A stretch of 64,000 nt of DNA from Octopus sinensis (GCF_006345805.1 NC_043001.1:70618001-70682000), one strand, 5' to 3'; shown: positions 40,597 through 53,060, counted from the stretch's first letter. Notes: generated by a model not told the origin, from the sequence alone. Translations and numbers: made by a program.

Positions 40597-40658
40597 CCAT
40601 GTACTAATTAGTTTCAGCTGTTATTTTCCGCAAGGAAAACTGCAGCCATCATCAGCAT
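40597..40658 (-). ncRNA. Type I hammerhead, stem I shortened by the inversion junction
   Basis: AUG-CUGAUGA...GAA-ACUAAUUAGU-A-CAUGG; perfect 10-nt stem III palindrome. Confidence 0.65.
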
Positions 40659-40938
40659 ATATTTTAATCTTCGGATTCTTTTTTAATATGCTAGACCACT
40701 GGTCTTAATTGATAAATATCAATTTCTACCCTTAATTAATTTTATATAAATAAATATGTTCTCTAACCGATAAATTAACTGCTGCTAATTATTAGCTGCA
40801 GGCTAGTTTTCTCGGGTTTCAACGCGCCAAAGTAAAGGCATTTGAAAGATATATTCAAATGTAATAGGTTGAACTCCATGCACGCGATATTTCGGTATCG
40901 TGTTTGCATCTAGTCCAGCAAATTACATTTATAACGGA

Positions 40939-41002
40939 CCATGCTGATGATGGCTGCAGTTTTCCTTGCGGAAAATAACAGCTGAAATTAATTAGTACAT
41001 GG
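40939..41002 (+). ncRNA. Type I hammerhead ribozyme, predicted cleavage GUA after 40997
   Basis: Stem I CCAUG/CAUGG; CUGAUGA 40944-40950; extra U; stem II GGCUG/CAGCU with inner UUUUCC-UUGC-GGAAAA; GAAA; stem III AUUAAUUAGU. Confidence 0.8.
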
Positions 41003-41444
41003 GTAATTATTTTATTTCGTATATTTTTCACTTGTTTATTGCTATGGTTTTGTGTTGAGTTTGATCTGAGAACATAATCTTTTGTGGTGAATGGCGATTT
41101 GACGTCTATATCTAGCATGTTGACTGTCCACTTTTCGTGTTCAGTCCTTAATTGGTATATATAAATATTTTAATCTTCGGATTCTTTTTTAATATGCTAG
41201 ACCACTGGTCTTAATTGATAAATATCAATTTCTACCCTTAATTAATTTTATATAAATAAATATGTTCTCTAACCGATAAATTAACTGCTGCTAATTATTA
41301 GCTGCAGGCTAGTTTTCTCGGGTTTCAACGCGCCAAAGTAAAGGCATTTGAAAGATATATTCAAATGTAATAGGTTGAACTCCATGCACGCGATATTTCG
41401 GTATCGTGTTTGCATCTAGTCCAGCAAATTACATTTATAACGGA

Positions 41445-41508
41445 CCATGCTGATGATGGCTGCAGTTTTCCTTGCGGAAAATAACAGCTGAAATTAATTA
41501 GTACATGG
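41445..41508 (+). ncRNA. Type I hammerhead ribozyme, predicted cleavage GUA after 41503
   Basis: Same motif one unit downstream. Confidence 0.8.
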
Positions 41509-41772
41509 GTAATTATTTTATTTCGTATATTTTTCACTTGTTTATTGCTATGGTTTTGTGTTGAGTTTGATCTGAGAACATAATCTTTTGTGGTGAATGG
41601 CGATTTGACGTCTATATCTAGCATGTTGACTGTCCACTTTTCGTGTTCAGTCCTTAATTGGTATATATAAATATTTTAATCTTCGGATTCTTTTTTAATA
41701 TGCTAGACCACTGGTCTAATTGATAAATATCAATTTCTACCCTTAATTAATTTTATATATATATATATATAT

Positions 41773-41805
<33 letters not shown>

Positions 41806-41840
41806 ATATATATATATATATTTGTGTGTGTGTGTGTATG

Positions 41841-41871
<31 letters not shown>

Positions 41872-42734
41872 TTAAAATATAATTAATGAGGTAATCAATC
41901 CACGGTGAACGCTTCTCCTTACAGGGAAAATGCAATTTATATTTTTAATATAATTATTTTCTGAGCAGTTACCTGCTATGATGTATATATTTGTTTCTTT
42001 ATCTACAAATTCCCTACAGTCTATGTAGCCTCGTATATTCTCATCCAAGATGGAGACGAGTATCAACGTTCCTAAGAGGCAGTCTTCATAATTTTTGAGA
42101 GATCTCTCTTTCGCATGAAGATATTTGTAGCCTTGACACACAAATAAAGAATATTTATCCGCCAATATGGTGTTAAACACTCTATCACACTGTTTGTAAT
42201 TAGCATGTATACACGCACACACACACACACACACATATGCACATATACATACGCACATATGTATGAATATATGTACGTATCTGCATATGAGTATTTATTT
42301 GTCTTTGAATATAGTATAAAAGTTTGGTAAAGTTCTTGTATTATTTGAATATATAATTATGAATATAAAATGGTATGTAATGTTTCGAAGAGAATCTTTA
42401 AGAAATCATTAATATGTGAATGTAGAAATTACTGAAAAACCCATGGTTGTATCCTTGTAACAGATTATATTCCTTCTATATGTATGGTCGCGCAATATAT
42501 AGAAAATCCATAAATTGCTTTTTACATGTCATGTATAAAATATATATTTCTTTTTATTCGCTAACGTGTAGTTGATATCATATATGTTACATAACAGATA
42601 TATGGGCGTGATTTGGGATATTGTATACTTGTCTATAGTTTATGTAATTGTGAGAGTTTTGTAGTATCTGTGTATTATAAATTATGTATTATAGAATATG
42701 CTTTGGAAAATACAGATCAACAAATAGTGTCGTT

Positions 42735-42915
42735 TCATTAGGTGTCTTGGGGAAATTTGGAACCTTAGGAATGAGAACCCAGGTTCGTAATTTCTCCCAA
42801 ACACCTGATGATGGTTGGACTGTATATCAGCCAAAATGTTGTGTTAACAACAAACAAGATGAGGACAAATATCCGTCAAATGTAAATAATGTAAATGATG
42901 TACAGTTGTATTAAT
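42735..42915 (+). mobile_element. Short interspersed element with CpG-decayed minimal hammerhead (42800-42845)
   Basis: AACAC-CTGATGA-T-GGTTG..CAGCC-AAAATGT-T-GTGTT; restoring two CpGs gives GAAACGT. Confidence 0.55.
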
Positions 42916-43206
42916 ATGTAATAAATATTAATACAATATTAATATGCTGCATAACTGTCACACTGCAGCAAAGTATGACCAAGTCATATGAAACAAGATT
43001 TTGTTTATTGTTTTAGATCACAGAAACATCGTCCTTGGTCAGAATGGAACATAGAAAACATTGCAGGTGGAAGGCGTGATGGCTGTACCAGTGATAGTTA
43101 CGTGGAATGAAGCGTCATGCTCACTGAATAAACAGGTTTCCGAATGTAAGAATCGAACCTACGATATTGCAGGAAGATGAGCCTATTACGCTGACTACAT
43201 CAATTT

Positions 43207-43253
<47 letters not shown>

Positions 43254-43425
43254 ATACACACATATATATACATATATACCTATATTACAAACGTACATAT
43301 GTATATACATATATATATATATATATATACATATATATGTAAGTATATATATATATATGTATATGTATATATATGTGTGTGTGTGTAAGTATGTATATAT
43401 GTATATGTATATATATACATATATG

Positions 43426-43484
<59 letters not shown>

Positions 43485-43497
43485 ATATATATATATA

Positions 43498-43706
43498 GTT
43501 AATCCAAACAAGAAAGCACAAAAAAAACACAACAACGCGAGGACGTGGAACAAATATAGTATCATTGGACGCTCGGGAAGAAGGAATGAAGGAGGGTTTA
43601 ACGTTTCGAGCGGAGCTCTTTGTCTGAACATAGGAGAAGGAAAGATCCAGAGAAGGGAAGACTGAGGGAAAAAATCGCCAACAGTACACACGAGGTCACA
43701 TTTTCA
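43498..43706 (-). mobile_element. Copy of the 40156 family (core mutated to CAGACAA)
   Basis: High by-eye similarity to the reverse complement of 40156-40372. Confidence 0.8.
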
Positions 43707-45047
43707 AAGACCGGAAGGAAATGGATGAAGAAAGGTGTTTTCAAAGACAGAAGAGTAGTTCTGTCAAAGACAGGAGAATGGTAGAGGAGGAGAAATGTGT
43801 GTGTGCGTGCGCGGAGGTCTGCGTGTGCGTGTGTGTGTATGTGTGTATGTGTGCAATGATGACACGTGTGTGTGTGTGTGTATGTGTGTGTGGTTCTGGC
43901 TGTTAAACAAAGCGTAGTAGTGTGAAGGTCGAGGAGGAAAGGAAGGAGGGAGGAAGAAGGAGTGGTGCCTTTTGTCTCTACCACAGGTCAGTACTGCTAG
44001 TTTGAAGTATTTGTGTGTGCATGTATGTATATGTATCGTGTGTATGTTTTGTTTGTATTGTGTGTGTGTGTGTGTATGTATGTGTGTGTTCGTGTGTGCA
44101 TGCGTAAAGTTTGGGTGTGTGGCGAATAACTGTGCTTTACTTGGTGTATGTGTGCGTGTGTGCTTGTACGTGCGTATGTGCGTATACATGTATGTACAAT
44201 TGTGTGCGTGTATGTATAACTGCGTACCGTGTGTATGGGATGTATGTGTGGGTTCATTTGTGTGTGTGTATGTATGTGCTGCGTGTCGTATGTGAGTGTA
44301 GTTGTGTGTGCGTTTGTATGTGTGTGTGCGCGTCTAGGCATATATTGTGTGTATGTATATGTATCGGTGTGTATGTGAATTTGTGTATGCGTGTGTGTGT
44401 GTGGGTTTTTGGAGTTGTGTGGGCGTAATGTGCGTGCGTGTGTGCGCTTACGTGCGTGTATGTGCGTATATATATATATATATATTATATATATATATAT
44501 ATATATATGTAAAAAGTAAAAAATATATACAAACTGGGACAAGAACGTGAAACACCAAGGAAACGACACAAGAACCACAGGACAGGACATTCGAAGCCCT
44601 CAGTCATCAGTCAAGAACCAGAGCATCTTCACAATTTCGGCTGATTAATCTTGAGATTGCTCTGACCTGGGCAGCCCCCAACGGAAATCTAAGTCAAGCG
44701 CATTAGATCCCTTGGAAGAAAGCTTCGAATGTATACAACACAAGGACGGAAAATGAACGATGTACACGAATAAAAATACAGAATTACGGGAAAACAATAA
44801 GGAAAGCACGAATAAGAATACAAAAACGTAAAAACAATAACGGTAAGGGTAAAAAACAAAAGCAGGACGTAGGACAAGGGTCTTTCGACAGGACGAGTTG
44901 AGTTGGGGCTGGCTTATGGCGTTGTGCCTTATGGCCGCGGGAGACAAACAAAAACGTGTTGCTTCAACGACTTCTGGAACGAAAAGGCCGCTCAGCAGTG
45001 GCTAGCGGTCACGTGAGGACAAAAGACAGGAGAAAGGGACAGATGAG

Positions 45048-45079
<32 letters not shown>

Positions 45080-45163
45080 CACATCAAGGGTCGTACCAAT
45101 GTTAGAGAAAATATATTTACGTATATATATACATACATACATATATATATATATATAAAGATA

Positions 45164-45246
<83 letters not shown>

Positions 45247-45341
45247 TATATATAAATATATATTTATTATTCATATATATACATATATATTTGTATGTAT
45301 TTATGTATTGTATGCTTGTATATATATACATATATATATGT

Positions 45342-45436
<95 letters not shown>

Positions 45437-45710
45437 CATACATATGTATGTTTGTAATATATGTATATATGTATATATATGTGTGTATGTTTATATCACA
45501 TTGGAATGGCAAATATTTGCTGCAATTTAAATGGTTTCAAACAAATTTCTTTTTCCTATACATACAATGATATATCTGATATGATGAAAGAAAACCTAGG
45601 TAAATAAATTACGTGTTAAGTACATTATAGTTTCATAAATGAAAAGAATCAGAGGCAAAACGTATAAGTTTAAATTTGCACGAATCAAAACAAAGTATGA
45701 AATTACTTAC

Positions 45711-45784
45711 CTGAAGATATAATAGGAAAACAATGCACAGCCAAAAATAAACAAATGTTGTTGAGATATTAAAGATGTAAACTG
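45711..45784 (-). CDS. Candidate host-gene exon (74 nt, phase 0/2): QFTSLISQQHLFIFGCALFSYYIF(S)
   Basis: cttcctgatttatAG(cag) acceptor, CAG|GTAAGT donor. Confidence 0.5.
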
Positions 45785-46161
45785 CTATAAATCAGGAAGT
45801 AGATTTTTTAATGGGACATAAAAGTGTTATTAACAATAAAAACAATGAAAACGGAATGAGATTAAGATGAGATAAATGTGAAAAAAAAACAAAAGTGTAA
45901 CTAAAATTCTCATAAGAAAAATACAATTTCCCGATGTACTTTCCAAATAATATTGTGAATACTTCAATGTAGGAAGTAAAAATATAAAATTGGACTATGT
46001 TGTAGGAATATGATTGAATGTTACATCAGGCTGACTGTTGATACTGAAAAGTAGTCCGTTACAGGCTTAGTTTCATGTCTCATATCAGAGGATAGTGGTG
46101 CTGTAGTATTTGTTTGAAATATAGCAACACGCCCAACGTTGTTGTAGCATGTTTATATATG

Positions 46162-46207
<46 letters not shown>

Positions 46208-46249
46208 TGTATATGTATATAGATAGATATAGATAGATATTTATATTGT

Positions 46250-47860
46250 TGCATTTGGGGATTGTCATGTTGCCAGTTTAGCCAATAAAAACACACGCAC
46301 TATATATTTGGTGTTCATTTGCTTCAACTTTATTTTATGTTAATCATATTTCAGCCACAGTCCTTTCGTCACACTTTTGTGACCTCATCAGTGGTCCTTT
46401 GCATTTTTATATCTTTTCTTTGGGGGTGGTGATGGAGTCTTTCCTTACTAATGATCAGTCATTTTGTATCCCTACTCTATGTCTCTTTATTTGTGCATGC
46501 GTATACCCCTATGTGCCTGTATTATTTTATTTTATTTATTTTATTAATGTAGATAGTTATTTAATTCAAATTTGTTTATTTGTGTATTGTATTATATTAT
46601 ATTCATATTGTTATCAGTTTATGAGGATTTTATTTTGTCATAAGATGTGGTGTGTTGTGGGGGTGCTAGTGTTCCATTCTAGTTTCCTATTCATGCTAGG
46701 TTTATCTTCTATTATGTGTGTAGCTTCTGTAATTTGTCTAAGCGTTGCGTCTGTTCTATGTGTGGACAAGATTTTAACTTCTATGTTGTTGAGCAAGCCC
46801 CCATGTTCCTGTTCGGCGTGCTGGTACAGAACCAGAGAGCTCTTCTCTTCCTTTAGTTCCCTCCAATGCTCATTTATCCACTCTCCTATGCTGCGTGCTG
46901 TTTCCCCTAGTTCGTCATTGTCTTGTTACTGCACCGTCCCTCTGTACATCTTATACTATAGACTACATTCCTGGCTTTACAGTTTCTTTCTGGGCTAAAT
47001 CTACATACAGCACAGTTCTATCAGTACAGAGTATTCTATCTAAATGGTATGTTCTACCCATTAGCGATTTCATAGGGTTTCCTAGCATTTCTACAACCTT
47101 AATTCTTAGCTTAAGTTTTTCTAGGGCCCTTATAAAGCGGTACGCAGTTCGCCTTTAGGGGTGATGTCGACGAACATGACACTGGCTATCGTACCATGAG
47201 TTGGCCTTCCCTATTTTCTTCTTAGTCCTTTCAATGGTGTTCCATGACTTGCTCCTACAGAGTCGGAAAATCCCATTCCAATCGTTACGTATGACAGTTT
47301 CAAATTTCCTCGTCGCTCCTTTGTATAATCTGATCCTTTCTCTTTGCCTGTATCCTGAGAACTGCATGCGGTGAACGAAATGTTGTATGTGTCACTTTAA
47401 CTCTGGAGGGTCGCACATGTGGGACACATTTCTCATTACTCTGACGAGGTCTGCCATCAATATATTGAATTTGGCATTGTACGCGATAGCTGAGTTCCGG
47501 TGGATCAGGTATTCAGTTTCCAGCCAGAGTTCTGTATCTATTGCTGGTAGTCTATGGTTAGGGTGTTTCGTAGGGTAGTCTATCGAAACCTTAATACTCT
47601 GGTGGATGGAGCTAGCTATTTGCTGGATGCTCTCCATAGTATTAGTTTCTATTTCTTTTTCAAGAGTACTCTCTTGTGGGGGTGCATTTACTACTACGTT
47701 GATATCATCGACATAGCGGGAGTATATGTTCATGAACATGAAGTTCTTTGTCGGGTGTTCTTTAAGCCTTTTGTCCCACCTTATCATGAAAAGGTTGGCG
47801 TGTGTTTTTATTGGCTAAACTGGCAACATGACCGTCCCCAAATACAACATCTGTTGCAAC
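46250..47860 (-). mobile_element. 5'-truncated Penelope-like element (RT C-terminal half plus GIY-YIG) with an inverted copy of its 3' tail at the 5' end
   Basis: RYVDD (ORF 47392-47787), MQFSGY..RER, IKVVEM.G, CKARNVVYSIRC...GETARS.GE..NEHW, HA..EHGG...DATLRQITEA..I....P.MN.K.EW across frameshifts; 46250-46310 repeated inverted at 47799-47850. Confidence 0.88.
46355..46394 (-). ncRNA. Minimal hammerhead-like motif in the PLE 3' region, probably inactive
   Basis: CCA-CUGAUGA-G-GUCACA(AAAG)UGUGAC-GAA-AGGACU-G-UGG; position 17 is G. Confidence 0.55.
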
Positions 47861-47931
47861 ACACGAATTCACATCAAAAGTCTTGCAAAACGAATATAGA
47901 AACGTAATATATATATACATAAATATATTTA

Positions 47932-48019
<88 letters not shown>

Positions 48020-48020
<1 letters not shown>

Positions 48021-48454
48021 CAATCAATATCTATAAATCTGAAATGAGAAAGTTTGTTAAAGGGTTAAAGGGCACTAGATCCCATCGGATTGGCTCCAAA
48101 ATTTACAGGGACATGTAAAATGAGGTGAGGATGCGAGAGGGCTTCTTAAAATGTGTGGTTACTAGGGCAAAAATCGCCCACTTTGACAAGTCTTCTCTCA
48201 TTCTCCTATCTGCCCGTCTTCCTCCGTCTCTCTCTCTGTTTCCTCACTTCCCATCACTTTTTCTCTATAACGACGTTTGACGGCTACTACTATCTTTCCC
48301 CCGTCACCTTCACCAGCGCTCTCACTCTTTCCTTCACTGCCTCCCTCTCTCTGTCTGTACATCTGTCTGCATTCATAGAGAGTTTTATTATAGCCACCAC
48401 CACCACACAATAATGAGAACAAATATTATGAATCAGATATTTATAGGGTTAAGT

Positions 48455-48489
<35 letters not shown>

Positions 48490-48548
48490 CTGTATCTATA
48501 TATAAATATGTATATATAATGTATATATACAAAGTGTATATATCTGTA

Positions 48549-48603
<55 letters not shown>

Positions 48604-49720
48604 AATTTGTATACATTTGTATATATGCGTACACACACAAACACACACACAGATATATATATAATGCGTATATATATATTATGTGTGATTATGTGGCCTG
48701 TTGAGCTGAAAATATGCACACCTATGTTAAAAGTGCTGGCGAGTTTGCATGGCAACTATTTTTTTCCTCAAATGAAAGGCGTGACCTCTAGGACAAAATT
48801 CCTCATCTTTTAAAATGTTGCTCGATTACACCCGAATGAAATCGGCTTATATTAACCAAACAAGTAAAACAATGAAAAACTATGCCATTTTAATCCCAGG
48901 TAAGGTCGGGTATCTCTGTAGGTCTACTACATATTTGTGAAAAGGCAGACGTTGTCTCACAAGCAGATATACAGGCAAAAGTGTTACTCAATATGGTAGG
49001 ATTCAGTTGAAAATTTGCACACCTGTGTTAAACGTCCTGGCGAGTTTGCTCAATTGAAAGGTGTGGCATGTAGGGCAAAATTCCTCATCTTTAAAGTGTG
49101 GCCCGCGTAGACCCGAATGAATTCGAGTTATAATACCGAAACAAATAAAAAATGATAAACTATTTTAATCCCGAGCAATTTCGGGTATCTCTGCTATCTA
49201 TATATATAAAAGAGGCTTTGGGTCAAAATTGTATGCATTTTTTGCTGCGCCAGAGGTTGGCAGTGGTCAGATCGAGCTGAAAATTGACACAGGCATAGAA
49301 GGCGTGATCAGGCAGAGAGTTGCGTAGGTTAAAACTCACCATCTGGAAAGATGCAGTTGCTATGGTGAGAAGATTCAAGGGGGCTCTAAGCCCCTTCAGA
49401 TTGGCGCGATTGGCATCTAATCTTATCTATAAAATGAAGAAGGTGAACGTACACACAAATTTAATTTTTATGTAAAAAGGGGTCTAAATGGTGTTGGAAG
49501 GGGATTAAAATTTACAGGAGGGGGTAGCTTGAGGGGGGAAATTGATTGGGAGACGTTTTGTAGCGTTACAGTGGTTGCTTTGGTGTGAAAAGTGGGATTT
49601 TATTGATTTGGAGGGACACTTGGTGGACTAGATCGGATACCTTTTGCCCGATTTCAATCAAATTTTCAACATGGTAAAGTGGAAGCGGATTTGTAATTTA
49701 AACGCGGAAATCTACGTTAC
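48020..49720 (+). mobile_element. Cluster of diverged non-autonomous Helitron-like units
   Basis: TCTAT(A)nAAA-like starts near 48030, 49197 and 49420; CCCG..CGGG-tatctctg-CTA(G) ends near 48920 and 49198; diverged ~290-bp internal repeat 48700-48920 vs 49000-49200. Confidence 0.55.
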
Positions 49721-49906
49721 GGAGATGCAAACACATGAGCACCAGTTGTGAATCCGTGTTGGGAGACAAACACAGACAGAAAGACATACAATATCATAGA
49801 TATACATACACGCGCGTACACACACACACACGCAAAAACACACACACAAACACACACACAAACACACACACACATATGTGTATACATACATATTTTCATA
49901 CATACT

Positions 49907-50053
49907 AGCTTTTTTCAGCTTCCATCTACAAAACCCACTCACAATGTTCTAATCGACCCGAGGTTATTATAGGAAACACTTGCTCAAGATGCTACGCAGT
50001 GGGACTGAATCTGGAACCATGTGGCTGAGACGCATGCTTCCTACCACATAGCT
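49907..50053 (-). mobile_element. SINE family A 5' half, degenerate
   Basis: cacttgctcaagatgctacgcagtgggactgaatctggaaccatgtgg. Confidence 0.7.
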
Positions 50054-50244
50054 ACCCCTGCGATATGTACCACTAGAAAAGTAATATCAATATTTAAAAA
50101 CGGTCATTCGTTTGGAGAAGAATCGATGAAAAATTCAATAAATAGGTTTTCGGATTATTATGATGACGATCGATTAACTATTGCCATTGCTTTAAATGGA
50201 TATCAGGAGATTTAGTGTTTTTGTGTTTGTTTCCTTCCACTTAC

Positions 50245-50343
50245 GTGTTTTTTACTGAATGCTGGCAACTCGGGAAAATGGATTCCGTTCCACCAGAGAC
50301 AGAAACAATCAATATCTTGCAAGTATAATTTAGTAGACAGAAA
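50245..50343 (-). CDS. Candidate host-gene exon (99 nt, phase 0/0): FLSTKLYLQDIDCFCLWWNGIHFPELPAFSKKH
   Basis: tttctgatactctttcatacAG acceptor, CAC|GTAAGT donor. A second frame is also open, so the frame is inferred from downstream phase. Confidence 0.5.
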
Positions 50344-51698
50344 CTGTATGAAAGAGTATCAGAAAGTCGCCAGCTCTTGTTTCTTGGGAGCAGGCTAATC
50401 CGTTGACCGTATGTGCCGACGTATAAGATACATCCTTGCATAACACACGCCTCCATTTTACAAATAATTCTGTGGAGACCAAATACGTGTTTCATCATAT
50501 ACTTATTGAAACATATCTTAAATGCACATGCATGTAAATGCAACAGTGTGAGGAGAAAACCAACGATTTATCATAAACGAGCTAAAGCAATTTATTTAAA
50601 ATAGTTAATCTTTTGGAAAAGCACTCAGCTAAATTTGGACTAAGTACAATCATTCTTACCTTTTCACTTTTACTTGTTATAGTCATTATACTGCGGCCAT
50701 GCTGGTGCATCACCTTGAAGTATTTTAATTGAAGTAATCGACAATACGTAGATATGATTTAAAATACTTTGTAAAGATCATTGCCCAGATATTAACGATT
50801 TTCTTTGTTTCACACCACTCCTCCCCTCCCTTTCTTTTATCAGTTGTTATCGCTCTACCACTTCACTTAGCTGTCCACCTCCATCTCCTTTTTCTTTCTC
50901 TTAAAAATGGCTTACGAGCCAATTGCAATTTTATAAGTTATATGATAAACTACGCCATGGAAGTACCCTATTGCAGCTTTACTGACTTCCAGATCGATTG
51001 TATAGTTGTTTACGTTTAGATCAAGTGAATTGCTATCCAGAATACAAAACTTATATTTCTGGTCGTAATATTTTATGTAACTGTGGTCGAGTATCAAAGT
51101 GGCACACCACCGCCATGATTTTCGTCTTTCAAAATGAATTTCTGAGTTACATAATAAACAAATGTTTCTTAATGTAAGATACGAATTACGTGGGGGTTAT
51201 GTATGCTGAGGAAAGAGGTATAATGAGATTATGCACACACACACCCCCAAACACACACACAAACACATAACTGCCGACATACCGTACGCAGTTTTTGTAA
51301 ATATTTGCTCAGAGATTCTAATAATACAGTTTACTTCCAATATTTCAGCATTTCAGCATTAGTGATAAATATTATACCAAGAAGATTTATGCGCTTTCGG
51401 CATCTTAGTCTACAATATTCGGCCTCCCATCCGTAATAGAGCCACATTAAACTTAGAGCAATTTTTTGATACACACAAAAAAGAAAAATAAACGTGCATT
51501 ACACACCGGTAAATACGGCAATTGCCACATATACTATTGTCATATCTTCATTCTACAGATAACTCTTCCCCTTCAGAAATATCATGGATGATCGGGTATA
51601 TTTCAATGTTAGCTTATGACACCAATGCAGCTGTAGGATTGTAATGATGTGATTTGCCAATATGACATAATGCGATCATAATATTTCAAAACGTTACC

Positions 51699-51757
<59 letters not shown>

Positions 51758-52828
51758 CAAGGCATATAGAGGTTTAGTTCACAGGTGATCTAAACGGATA
51801 GGTGCTGGGTAAGTGCTGTAACGGATTACAAGAGCTACAAGCCTGTAACTGAGACATGAACTATGAAACTATTGTAGATTTCCGATACAGCGGATATATA
51901 TTTGTTAAAAAGGAAAACAAACGCCAAAGGCAAGAGATCATAAGTCATATATGTTATTATTATTAAAAATTATTGCTCTGTTTCAGGGATATCCCATCGT
52001 CGGAGACAGATGGTAAGAACCTGAGTGGGTATAGATTACGTAAACGATGGAGAGATGTAGGAAAAAGAAAAGGAAAAATATATAAAAGTTCAGTTTAAGT
52101 TTCCGATAGTGCAGGTGTTAATCCATGAGCCTTTAGGTACAATCCAATGTGAATCCAGATAAGATAATATTCCTCATATTGTAGATGTCCAGGAAGAGTA
52201 CTGCCATGTTGAAGATTAATAAAGTAATGATAGTGTGGGATAGTAGAAATTGGCTAAAGAGAGAAGTAGAAAGAGAGGGAGAGAGGAATCGCAGTAGAGC
52301 GGTAGAGGCTATTGAGCTAAAAAGAGAGAGAATAAATCGTAGAATGGGTGGTCAGGTTTACAGAGAAAGAAGCAGCTGACATAGCATTGCCGAAGAATAT
52401 AAAAATATTAAAATATAAAGAGCAATATAAACCGAAAGATAAAGATAAAGCAGAAAAAATTGTAAAGGAAGATAAAGTAAGAAATACAAAATAAAGTAAA
52501 GTAAAATAAATACGTAAATAAAGTAGATAAAAGAAATTCAGACAGACAGTAGATGCTAGTGATGTTCTTCGAGTTATAGGGTTAGGGCAGGAAGTAAGTG
52601 TAGGCGTCAGTTCTATGGCCAAGTTTAGATGCCTTAAATATAATCCAAGCTAGCGAGGAATGGGTGATGGATAGGGTGAATGTCTATTGGAATACAAGCT
52701 AACTATTAAATTAAATTATTTAGGAATAAAAGAATCCCTTAAAACCCACGACTCACCGCATTTATTCAACAAACACAGCGAGGGCATCAAAATATGCAAA
52801 CAGATTCTTCCACACTTTTAAATTCTTA

Positions 52829-53060
52829 TTTCTTTACTGCCAACAAGGGGCGACACACAGAGGGAACATACAAGGACAGACAAACGGATAAAGTCGATTA
52901 TATGGACCCCAGTGCGTAACTGGTACATATTTAATCGATCACGAAAGGATGAAAGGCAAAGTCAACCTCGGTGGAATTTGAATTCAGAATGTAACGGCAG
53001 ACGAAATGCGACTACGCATTTCGCCCGGCGTGCTAACGATTCTGCCAGCGCACCGCCTTA
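52829..53060 (-). mobile_element. SINE family B, full length
   Basis: Reverse complement of aaggcggtgcgctggcagaatcgttagcacgccgggcgaaatgcg...gagttcaaattc-type head and gtccttgt...gccccttgt tail. Confidence 0.85.

Larger units (their letters stand above)
40441..41754. repeat. Hammerhead-bearing 506-bp unit: inverted partial copy (40441-40658) joined head-to-head to ~2.2 direct copies (40659-41754)
   Basis: Identical ORF-track entries 506 bp apart (40855 and 41361); both ends in (TA)n. Confidence 0.95.

Noticed and set aside
40855-41118. 87-aa ORF antisense to the 506-unit ribozyme, starting MLDIDVKSPFT (resembles the RT motif 'SFDV.SLFT')
   Set aside because: No further RT motifs follow; short and AT-rich; most likely coincidence, though a tBLASTN would settle it.
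41872-42258. 128-aa minus-strand ORF with a protein-like middle section
   Set aside because: Starts in a microsatellite; acceptor phase incompatible with the neighbouring candidate exons; no family recognised.
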